Assembly (NCBI GenBank): GCA_973895155.1
Contig: OZ316891.1
Span: 4,683,708-4,747,707, forward strand
Length of the DNA: 64,000 bases
Direction: 5' to 3'
From: Marsupella aquatica
Lineage: Eukaryota > Plantae > Marchantiophyta
Every line of letters starts with the position of its first letter. Positions within the stretch are counted from its first letter, which is position 1. Below are positions 52,701-62,400 of this stretch, in pieces. The notes beneath the pieces are model-generated. The model ran no database searches and was not told where the DNA came from. It saw only the letters and a list, made by a program, of their open reading frames with translations. Made by a program: the position numbers and the translations under genes.

Positions 52701-53467
52701 TTCCTAGCCTCGTACATATTTTTTGGAATTGAATTACCATCTAGTAACACATTTCGGCGCAGGAAGGTCAACAACTCTGTCACAAATATATTGGGAACAT
52801 TGTGATTGCCACAGATGTTCAACAACAACACGACAAAACCCAACTTGGAGCAGTTCGACCCCTCGTAGATAGGAATGCAAGCTTCTTTGATGTGTTTTGG
52901 GCCCCCAAACACCCACTCCCTCTCTGCTGCACCTTCCCCAATGTCAAAGTCAGGTTCAGCTTGGCCGTCGCCAATGTGTGGCTGCGGTTCATTGTCCTCT
53001 TCTGATTCCACTGTGTCGTAAAAAGCATCAAGGTCTTCAAAAATCTCTTGAACCATTCTTGGGACATCCATCCCACCGTCCTCAGTGACTGCCTCTCCAT
53101 CTCCATCTTGGTCATCCACGTTCTCATGTTGGACCCCAGGACCATCCTCTGCACAGTCTATGTCCTGCTCTACGTAGTCTCTATGCCTAGCTGTATTAGA
53201 ATCCACAAAGTCAGCTCTCCACTCTTCATCAGGGGAGTCTTCTTCTGCTGGTACATTCCAAACCCTCCACCGAGGGTGCCTTTCATGCCGCAGCAGGTGA
53301 AGGTGCACAGTGTTCAAACTCAACGACTTGAATCCTTGGCACTGTGTGCATGGGCATCTCATCCTCCTACTCCTACCTTGGGCGGCTCGGGCTTGTTCAC
53401 GCATCCACAATTTAGAATCATGATGCCTAATCCTAAATGGGTTGTGAAGAGGCAACCTTGGAGCCAT
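49767..53467 (-). CDS. Element C TnpD transposase (exons ~53467-51678, 51541-50640, 50526-49767); one probable CGA>TGA stop near 50443
   Basis: RCPCTQC, IDACPDGCVLF, RFGLSLDGVDPF, SCWPVTLLNYNLPPW, DIADYPG, HNVDVMHIEKN, MKTHDYHVLMQ, FPPAFFDVMTHLLIH, RWMYPMERYM, EPFVFPSQVEQAFF. Confidence 0.95.
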
Positions 53468-53793
53468 CACTATACACACGCACTCAGCACCCTGTCATTT
53501 TATTATGCAAGTGAAAAATACACTTCCTGTTAAGGATTTCACCCCCGACTGTACTTGCCAAAATACGTAACGTTCCAAAAAAACAAAAAAACAAAAAATA
53601 TAGGTGCCTGAGTCATGTACCTATTCTCAAGTGAATGAGACAAAATTCCTAAATGTTTGAGGGTGTCAACTCCTCCGCTGTCCTCACATGTACTGCCTCT
53701 GCACGTACATCCATGACCATATCAGAGTCCAATCATGTATAGTCATAGACACAGGTGCCAGGTGCGAGACCGGTGTGAGATGTCCTCATCTTA

Positions 53794-54363
53794 CTACCAC
53801 ATCAAATACGGATACCAATCCTGTTGTCGATGCCACTCAACCCTGAGGTACTCAGGCATGTACATTAAGTCATCAAGGTCTAAACCCTGCTCATGCCATG
53901 GTGGTCTTCGATCCGTGCCTACAAGCAGTGGCAGCAGTGCCCTCCATGGTGCACATGTTGCTACCAAATCCCTCCACTGGGTACTAATTAGTCTATATTT
54001 GCAGATATCTTGTGCGCCAGACACCACAAGAACCCTCGGCCAGACATGTGTAAGAACTATATCATCTGCCAAATCAGGCAACAAGGAACCACCTACAGCA
54101 TCGTGCTTGTCTAACTCATCTGCTGAAAAGTAAATGTCCTCTTCCGACTGTGCATCCTCATTCACCACAGCATTCACAACACATCCAAGGTCTGCAGGCA
54201 TTATCTTGGATGGAGCTACACTCTGTCTGGTTACCAATCCACACAAGTAAGCCCAAGCAGTAGCCATGCACGATGCAACCCGTAGGAGGACCCTACATAG
54301 GGCCTGACGGTCTGGAAGAGGCAGCATACCCACCAAAGTCTTCAGCCAAACAAAGCCCAGCAA
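53794..54363 (-). CDS. F-box-like small protein (cargo of C)
   Basis: SLLPDLADDIVLTHVWPRV...DICKYRLISTQWRDLV fits the plant F-box pattern LIPGLPDD...R.V.K.WR.L; first ATG at 54327. Confidence 0.6.
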   Translation of the reverse strand: MLGFVWLKTLVGMLPLPDRQALCRVLLRVASCMATAWAYLCGLVTRQSVAPSKIMPADLGCVVNAVVNEDAQSEEDIYFSADELDKHDAVGGSLLPDLADDIVLTHVWPRVLVVSGAQDICKYRLISTQWRDLVATCAPWRALLPLLVGTDRRPPWHEQGLDLDDLMYMPEYLRVEWHRQQDWYPYLMW

Positions 54364-54503
54364 GTAGATTCACAGTCACACCCCACGCAGCAGGAAACAA
54401 CAATCACTTCAACTGCGACCAACCATGACAAGATGAGTTAGTTCAAGGATCACATTTATTACAAAATTGTGATTTATACAAAAATATGAGGGACTCCTAC
54501 TCC

Positions 54504-55367
54504 TCACTCTCTCCCACCTTTGCTAAGCATACATCTCCGCTGAATCTTGGAGGGCCAGGCCTCAAAAATATCAAAGTCCCAAGCATTCTGTCGCTTCCCT
54601 CTAGCTGCTGATTCCAGAAGCCAATCAGGGGAAAGCACCCAAAGATTGTTGTTCATGACAAAATCACGCACTGTTGTCTTAAAGAATTTTCTGCATATTT
54701 TCATGTATGACAGACCTACAACATGAGTGGAGGTTTCTGTTAGACTCTCCTCCACTGTCCCACCTAGCTCAACAACTATAGACTTGTACAATCTGCACTT
54801 AGTCTCCCCAATTCCTTCTTCTGCAAATACCACACTGAACCCCTTCATAATGGTATTTCTCTCCTTGCCATGCTCATTCAATATAGCATCTGCACGCATA
54901 GGATGGTGTCCTATGTTGACAACAGGTCCATATTGGACAGAAGCAAAGTTGGGTTTCTTTGCCGCTGCTTCATAGGCTTCCTTTTCAGCCAAAGCCTCTG
55001 CAGTGGCCTCCTCACTCTCCCACAACTCATATTGCTCAGTACTCTGTACACACCTATGTTTAACAGAATCGGTCAGCCAAGAGACTTCAACTACTTTTAG
55101 ACCTTGGTTGGTAATGGCAGAATCAATGAAGGACCATGACCACTTGTTCATCACATCCAGCCATGTCCCCGCAACAACATGTGTAGTCTGTGGAGTGATG
55201 TCCTTGACTTCAGTCCCATGGAACTCTGAGAATCGTTTTTGTACGATTGGCCAACTCACTTGGGTGAACCCATAGTGGCCAGGAATCAAAATGGCTTTGA
55301 TTCCAGCCAACAGAGGTGGGTGGTCAACCTTTGTACGTTTCCTAGAGGCCATGTACACACGGACCAC
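54504..55367 (-). CDS. Tandem double-BRCT protein (cargo of C), resembling the plant Pol lambda BRCT
   Basis: Two repeats: LAGIKAILI...THVVA...VVEVSWLTDSV...EQYEL and MKGFSVVFAEEGI...ELGGTVEESLTETSTHVVG...LSPDWLLESAARGKRQN; ATG at 55352. Confidence 0.85.
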   Translation of the reverse strand: MVRVYMASRKRTKVDHPPLLAGIKAILIPGHYGFTQVSWPIVQKRFSEFHGTEVKDITPQTTHVVAGTWLDVMNKWSWSFIDSAITNQGLKVVEVSWLTDSVKHRCVQSTEQYELWESEEATAEALAEKEAYEAAAKKPNFASVQYGPVVNIGHHPMRADAILNEHGKERNTIMKGFSVVFAEEGIGETKCRLYKSIVVELGGTVEESLTETSTHVVGLSYMKICRKFFKTTVRDFVMNNNLWVLSPDWLLESAARGKRQNAWDFDIFEAWPSKIQRRCMLSKGGRE

Positions 55368-55950
55368 CTAATCATTGCAGACCGGAAGATAATGCGTTCA
55401 CCTGATAATCGGAGGGCCCTTAAAATGCTGCATTTATAACTTGGTCCAGTCTAGTCGTCTGGTGAGTCTCTGCTCCGATTCCAAACGGGAGAAATATTGG
55501 GACAAACGTACTAGACACCTGCAAGCATGCACCTCATAGTTTGAATATGTGCCTTCACAATATTGAAGGTGACAAGTGCAATTGTTTTGTGATGCCACAT
55601 ACAGATGTTGTAAATGGGCAGACATTCAATGACAATACAAAATGTTGGTACACTTTAAGGGAATTCTCGCAAATTAAATAGCCTTGTAACTTATATGCTC
55701 ATAATGAGAAGTCCTGATTTAATTTAAGCAGTGTCATGTAAGTCGTGATCAAAATGATTGCAGAGTTAAAAAAGTTCCTAGAAGGCTTAAGGGGAGTTTT
55801 TGAAGGCATGTACCCAGGAACAAGTAATGAACTTAGGGTACTTGTTGCCTAAGCATCCTCTCCTACAGAGGTCCTTCTTCTCAAAATTGGAATGTCTGCA
55901 ATCTCCAAGGTATCCACATCAGGTGCACTATGCATGTACATTATTCAGGT

Positions 55951-56631
55951 TCAAAGCCAAGAAATGTGATCTCTCATGGGAGTGTGCAAAGTAGGATCTA
56001 TGGCATGGCGATGACAATAGAAGATCCATCGATCAACACCATGTGCAGAGTGATCATAGATGTGTCTGTCACAAGCATAGCCTTCTGCTTGACGCTCCTT
56101 CAAACAATGAAAGTGCCACATGGTGGGACACCTAACACAGTGGACTATGTCCACCCAGAAATCTTCATCGTGCTGACCACATGCCTTGCACTTATGAAGT
56201 GGGCAAGCTGTGGCAAGATCGGGCAAACATGAAAAACAAAAGAACCTCACACAATATCTGTCAGGGCATTTCCTAACAAGTGGTGGAGCATCAACAGAGC
56301 CCTCATAAGACCCCAACTTCCCACACTGTGCACACTTAGCCTGCTTCTCCAAACAATCAGTGCACATCCAGCCTCCCTGGTGTGCTGACGGGAGGCCCAC
56401 CCCTGGACAGTTGTTTTCTGCAGCAAGGTCAGACTCCGGGTTGAGGTGGAAATGCCTCATGCAAGGGCCCTCACATATGGCTAAGCCACCACCATCATCA
56501 CAAATGGCACAACAATGAGCTGCCTTCTGGAAAATCTGACTTGCGGAGAAGTTACTACCATCTGGCCCAACTACACCTGTGTTGCTCACCTCTGTCCCCC
56601 ACTTCTTGGCTCGGATTTTAGGGCGTGCCAT
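55951..56631 (-). CDS. Stand-alone EDM2-like composite PHD-finger protein (cargo of C)
   Basis: CAICDDGG.L.ICEGPCMRHFH...CTDC...CAQCGKLGS...KC....C.RFF...CPLHKCKAC...HCVRCPTMWHFHCL...IFYCHRHAIDPTLHTPMRDHI follows, from memory, the EDM2 PHD region including its LIYC.EH.IDEEL.TP.RDH end. Confidence 0.85.
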   Translation of the reverse strand: MARPKIRAKKWGTEVSNTGVVGPDGSNFSASQIFQKAAHCCAICDDGGGLAICEGPCMRHFHLNPESDLAAENNCPGVGLPSAHQGGWMCTDCLEKQAKCAQCGKLGSYEGSVDAPPLVRKCPDRYCVRFFCFSCLPDLATACPLHKCKACGQHDEDFWVDIVHCVRCPTMWHFHCLKERQAEGYACDRHIYDHSAHGVDRWIFYCHRHAIDPTLHTPMRDHISWL

Positions 56632-57300
56632 GCCTACGCCTGAGACAGATAGTACAATTTAGCAGAGTGCACAGACAATACAATTTAGTGTAGTGTACAA
56701 AAAGTACAGTGTAGCATATAGACTAGAGTGGCAATTGCTACTGCAATGAAATGTTCACACACATGTGCAGAGTAGACATACTTTTTGGTTTGTTGAGCCC
56801 ACACTAAAAACTGATCCCCTCGTACAATAGCTCCACCTACACCTCAATTTTGTGGCTATGATTCACCAAAGGAGATCTGCAACAAGATTTAATGCATTTG
56901 AATCACATATAACAGTCGTGACATGTAAAACAGGCATTTTTTGAACAGGATTGGTATCAAGCAGTGTGATCAGGGTTGTAATTTATACATCCTAAATAGG
57001 CTATGATAATGAATGAGACAAATAAGTTAGGCATAAATCACTTTTTCCAGGTTATCACATGGCCCATTAATTCCAGTCTTTGAAAGGAGACTTTTAAGTG
57101 AGCTTGCTAGCCTCTTAAATTAGGATATTGTACTTAGTGCAGCCATAATAGGATAAGTTATGTACTGTTGACCGTAAACCCTGGACCCAAAATTGCTCAT
57201 AATTCAAAATCTTAAGTAAATATCCTCTCTGTTCAAGTCAAAGTGTTAAGTTATAGGTCAATGGTCTCTGGTCTGTGCATGCGGTGTGACAAGTGGTCTT

Positions 57301-57861
57301 CTACAGCGTGTGATCCAAACATGTGTAGACACCAAAGTGACCGGTGGTGGGGTCTGGGAGGGCAGGACAAGTGACATCGCCAGGCACACTGCAGGATGGC
57401 GAGTGGTTCCAGATGATACATTGTGCTCTGTGAAAAAACCGACATCCAAGAGAACGGTCATCCAACTCTAGGCCAGAAGCCCTATAGGCAGGACAGTCAT
57501 ACTGGCAACTGTGCACACACCCTTGGGCCCTAATTTGTGGCGGGTCATGTACGAGAGACAATGTTGGGAAGGGTGGAGAAGCAGGTACAGGGCGGCTATA
57601 GTTATTCCTGGCAACAACTGGGTACTCAAAGTACCATGCAGACTGGGCTGGAAGGATCCCAAGTCTGACATACTCAAGGCGCAACATGTCTGCCTTGCGT
57701 GCAAGCCGCACATGTTCAGCATTGCGGGTCCTCACCATAAGTGTTGCTTTTGTGGAGTGTCGTGTGTTCACGTCCTCTGATAAGCACCTTCGATCAGCAA
57801 GGTGAGCAGGAGCTGTACTTGCCTCACCAACAGCAACCAACCTTAAATTATCAGTTCCCAC
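57301..57861 (-). CDS. Hypothetical Cys/His-rich protein (possible cargo of C)
   Basis: 186-codon ORF co-oriented with the other cargo; C-terminal GCVHSCQYDCP...GCRFFHRAQC..NHSPSC; no family recognised; start codon uncertain. Confidence 0.35.
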   Translation of the reverse strand: MGTDNLRLVAVGEASTAPAHLADRRCLSEDVNTRHSTKATLMVRTRNAEHVRLARKADMLRLEYVRLGILPAQSAWYFEYPVVARNNYSRPVPASPPFPTLSLVHDPPQIRAQGCVHSCQYDCPAYRASGLELDDRSLGCRFFHRAQCIIWNHSPSCSVPGDVTCPALPDPTTGHFGVYTCLDHTL

Positions 57862-59280
57862 TCACTGTGTCATTCCATTGGTTCCAGCTAGGGGTCACAA
57901 TGTAAACATAGCATGAAACACTCCTAATCAACTTGCTTACAAACTACAATATCCAGAAAGAGTGAAAGTCTCACCCTCCAGTGAGCAGCAGAGAGGTAGT
58001 TCATTGGATGTGTTGATGTGCAGTTAAACCTCCACTATTGCTTACTTCCGGTGTATGCTGCTTAGTCGGAGACATATTAGTAGCAGCAAATTGCAAATAA
58101 TGGCCATAAGCAAACCGTGAGAGTTTGCAGAATGTTACGACAACTATTCATCCATCACAACAGTGCTCCACAGGAATGAAACCAAGCAAAATTTGGTGAC
58201 CTCGGCCAATGACAAGGCCAATGTAGTTCACAATCCTTGACCGATCAGGATATGGATTGGAATTACAATTAGTCAGCTCTTCTTCTTCTTCTTTGTTTTC
58301 TAACTCTGGGCAAATGAGCATGACCAGGGAATTCTCTGAGAAATAGAAGTGCACAGGGAAAATGAAATTGGCTCATTGAGTTGCGCAAGACCGCCCACTG
58401 CAGCATAAACAAACTCATGAAGTGGCAGAAAGGATAGCGTCGCCACAAGCGCAAAATCCCGACAGGTTTAAGCTGCAAAAAACTAACCCATCCAAATGTG
58501 ATTGCAATGGTGTTGAGGTCGTCTATTCACCACCCCACTCCACCGTGGGAGCATTGGGCACAAGGCATGTTCGGATCCAGGGAGGAGCAAAATAGTCATG
58601 TGAAGCAACAAGTGTGGAGAGACCAATAAGTAAACAAAAATAGGGAAGAACAATGCGGTGATCATGAGCAGCAGGAAACAAGGAAGTTGATTTGGGAGGG
58701 ATTGTAGGGACAGAGCTTTTGGTGGGCTTGGCTGCGCGTTCATATCGGAAGATAGATGCGAGAGAGTGTGAAGAGGGTGGCAACCAACAAAGGCAGTGGC
58801 AAGCAAGCAAGCAATACACGATGATAGCCGCAATCGGCAATGGCGGTGGGAGGCAGCAATAGGCTAAATGACTATTCAGTACCAATCCGCAGCTCGTCCG
58901 ATGAGAATGAGTGACATGAGGAAAATGCCAACACACTGACCCACTACCAAGAAGAAAGAAAACCAATCTCAACCACCCTCTATCATCAATGACAGGACAT
59001 ATATTCAAAAATCCAAGCTGCAATTGACGGAAACAATAACATAAACAGAATTCTGAACATAAACTGCTCATGAAGCTTTCGGGATCATATATTCCAAGAG
59101 CAAATGTGAACATGCCAATATATGAAAGCTCTGGCATATAGGGCATTGCATTCCATAGAGACGTCTGCACCAAAGAGCTTGGAAGCAATTGCCTATCTGC
59201 TGGAAGCAGGAAACATATATGTAAATCCCAAGCCCATACTACATTGGAGATGATCAGCTCACTCAGACAGACATTGCATT

Positions 59281-59420
59281 TTGATTAACCAAATGTAGCA
59301 GGCTAGCAGAGGGACGAAGGATAGGGCCAACACTAATGCATAGCAGTGAACAACTATGATTAACCAAATGTCAGTAGCAGGCCAGCAGAGGGACGGAGGA
59401 TAGGGCCAACACTAATGCGC
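59281..59420. repeat. ~75-bp tandem duplication
   Basis: TGATTAACCAAATG...AGCAGG.AGCAGAGGG.ACG.AGGATAGGGCCAACACTAATGC twice. Confidence 0.8.
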
Positions 59421-62400
59421 AGTTGTGAAAGACTGACAAATAGAAAGCAAACGAGAGCTTCAAATATAGAACATCAAACCTTCAGCAGCGGTCAATGGGC
59501 TTTGATTCACAGGTCGCCTGGCTTGGTCCCTTGTCGCAGCTCGCCCAGCTCCACAACACCGTAGACAAGGAGTTGGCTGGTCCAATTTCCACCATGCAGC
59601 GTTAGCAAAACTGCAATGCTTGATCTTCGCCCTCCGCCCTTTGCCCGAACCCCAAAATAGACCTCAAAGTAGAAAGCCAGCAAAGGGTTGAGCAGAAATC
59701 CCTAGAAAATCCCGCCTCTAAAGTCCATTGCTCGTGGTTACAAATGATGGCAACGGAATATTCGGGCAACCCAACAGTTGAACTGACCTCAATCACACCT
59801 GCACCTGGTTGGCAGCTCCGCAGACACTAATTGTAGCTCTAGTTGAAGACATCATTTGAACAGCAAATCAGTCACAGCTCATGAATCCGTTCAGACTAGC
59901 ATCATGGGTACTACGTCGGAGCACTGCGCAAGAAGCCAGGAAAAAACTGCAAACATGGGGACCCACAGGCAAGAAATCTGGACCTCCGACACAATCTGGA
60001 AATCCTTTCGCAAACAACTGGCCCTCTCCTCAACAACTTGCGATGGTAGTAGCTCGCAATGGTAGCAGCTCGCGATAGTAGCTCCCTTCAACAAGCTTGG
60101 TAGTGCGATAGGAGCAACAACTTACAGAGAAGACAGTGACCTCCCCTATGAGACTGATTGAAAGACCTCAATACAATTACTGAAGCAGGGATACAGAACG
60201 GGGAGAAGCCTTTCGCAGTTTGGGACGGCGAGAAGTGTGAACACTTAGGGCAGGGCCCGCAGGAAGGTCACTCAGTCCGAATGAGCCACAAGCTTATCGC
60301 CCAAAACCACGCAAACCTGAAGTTGAAATTAGCACTATGAGGTAGCAAGCTACAAAATAGCATTTCCCACATTCTTAATGCATGGCATCGGAGCTCATTC
60401 CGCCTAGAAAACCAAAGCCACTACCAAAACTAACTTGCAAATGGAAGTTTGGACTAACCAGGGTGATTCAGGGCAGTTCAATGTCACTATGGCAGGTGCA
60501 TTGCTGCTCGTAGCTGCAATGTACCTTAGCGCTCCCGGTCCCTCCACGGCTGCAACTTCCCAAGACCGGTCGGTCCCAGCCAGTCAGTCTTCTCTGAATC
60601 TTGGTGCGCCCACGTTGTCTCAATCCGAAGCTGTCAGCTCTCAGGCAGGAGACAAATCTCCGCTTGCCTTCGCACCAAAAGCTGTCACTGGCCTCAAGAG
60701 CCTCTAAGGCAATGTCCGCAATGCCTCAATGTCCTTACCACCTCACGACTGTCAAGGTCCCAAACCAGCGCAAACCACTTGCTGAACTCCTTTGTCCAAA
60801 CAATTGTAAGGGGCATGCAGGTAGAACTGTCAAAAGCGCTCGCAGGAGCGGATGGCAACAATTGACTACAATCGCCTCCCAGCTTCCCTCGCAAAATGTT
60901 AACCCTAAACCCTACTCGTATGCTCCACTCATAGAAGCAAAGCACAATGTTCTGTCGCACAATGGGGCCCGAACACATGGGCGCAAGTACTCGATAGTTC
61001 CCTTCACAAAAACCCAATAATCACCTGATGACCAAAGCACACTCACCCTAACCCAATACTTAGTGCAAGCAGTCATGTAAGCTCGTTTCCGTTGAGGTGA
61101 CCCGTTGAGCATAATAAGTACGTTTGCGCCAGAGTGTTAGGCAACACACAAAACTAAAGAGGGTTAAGGATAACTTTAAATAAATCCCTTTGGTGACAAA
61201 GTCATGGCCACTTAATTAGTTGTGGGCCCCCCTAACCCTCCCCCCCCCCCCTTGTGGAATTAATCTTGGATCAAAAGGCACCATCATTTACACTCAAATC
61301 AATCAAGTTGTGGACTGTTCATTATGTCAATTAGTGCCCATGACCCTGTCAAAACAACACTAGTTGGCAATGCGGAATATATCATGGTGTGGGAGTTGTA
61401 CCTAGCTAGGGTTATAGTGATGCATTAGTTCCGGTTCTGGTTAGAAACCACCCTAAGCCCTCCAGTACAGTTGTACCCTAAGTTATGAAAAGTACCCGTT
61501 ACATGAATATTTATGGTACAATGTTAGTTAAGGTTGGTGATATATACAAGGCATGTCCTTAAGCACTTAGGCCCAAAAGTAGGATGTCGCCCGGTCCTTC
61601 TTAAGTATACTCTTATCATGAACCCTTGTAAGACTTTGTCTTATACTAGTCTTTGTGTGGACCTTTAGAGTGATTCCAAGAACAAAACCCATGATGTCCT
61701 AGAGTGTTCACCCTTCACAAAGTAGCAAGGTTACTTTTCATAGTCTTTAACTAAACCGGAAAACACTCAAAGTCTTTTATAGTCTTTAACAAAACCTTGG
61801 CAATGGGTGCAAGTCATTTAAAGTATGGAAGAAGGACTTAGTGGGCTTAGTCCTATAAGGTATGGTCTAAATTACCCCGGTTTCTACTAGTGCCGGTGTG
61901 GCATGACTTGTTTGTCTGCATTGTCACAACTGCCTTATTGGGCTGAGATGCCACTTAACCATTTATTTGACCCTATGCACATTGAGGGAAATGTTGGGAG
62001 GTCCTTGATTTGCCACCTATATGGAGAGAAAGACAACAACTGGAGAGAGAGTTGTGAAGAGATGGGGATGCATGGCCCTCATGGTTTTTGGCCATCTATG
62101 GATCCCGATAATGCCCCCCTTACTATTCATCCTCCTTGGGTTTTGACACGAGGTGAGCGGACCGAGTTTCGCAAACGCATAGGGTCTATGCGATTTCCTA
62201 CAGGGTATGGTGCCAATCTTCGCAAGGCATTTGGTGGACTTGACTCTCCAAAATGGCCAGCTTTCTTGAAGACCCATGATTATCATCGCTTATTGCAACA
62301 TGTTATTCCAATTGCTATTATTGGATTGGGTAGTGAGGATCTTCGTGATGCCCTTTGGTCGTTGGGTAAGTTGTTGAGATGGGTGTGTCAAAAGGAGGTG

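Larger units (their letters stand above)
45592..61892. mobile_element. CACTA element C (16.3 kb) carrying a cargo-gene array
   Basis: ~30-bp TIR CACTAGTAGAAACCGGGG..TATTTAGACC / GGTCTAAATTACCCCGGTTTCTACTAGTG; TSD CCG (45589-45591, 61893-61895); AGTC/GACT-rich subterminal regions. Confidence 0.95.

Noticed and set aside
57900-61150. Scattered 60-220 aa ORFs in the 5' region of element C
   Set aside because: No recognisable motifs, mostly non-ATG starts; more likely promoter, leader exons and introns
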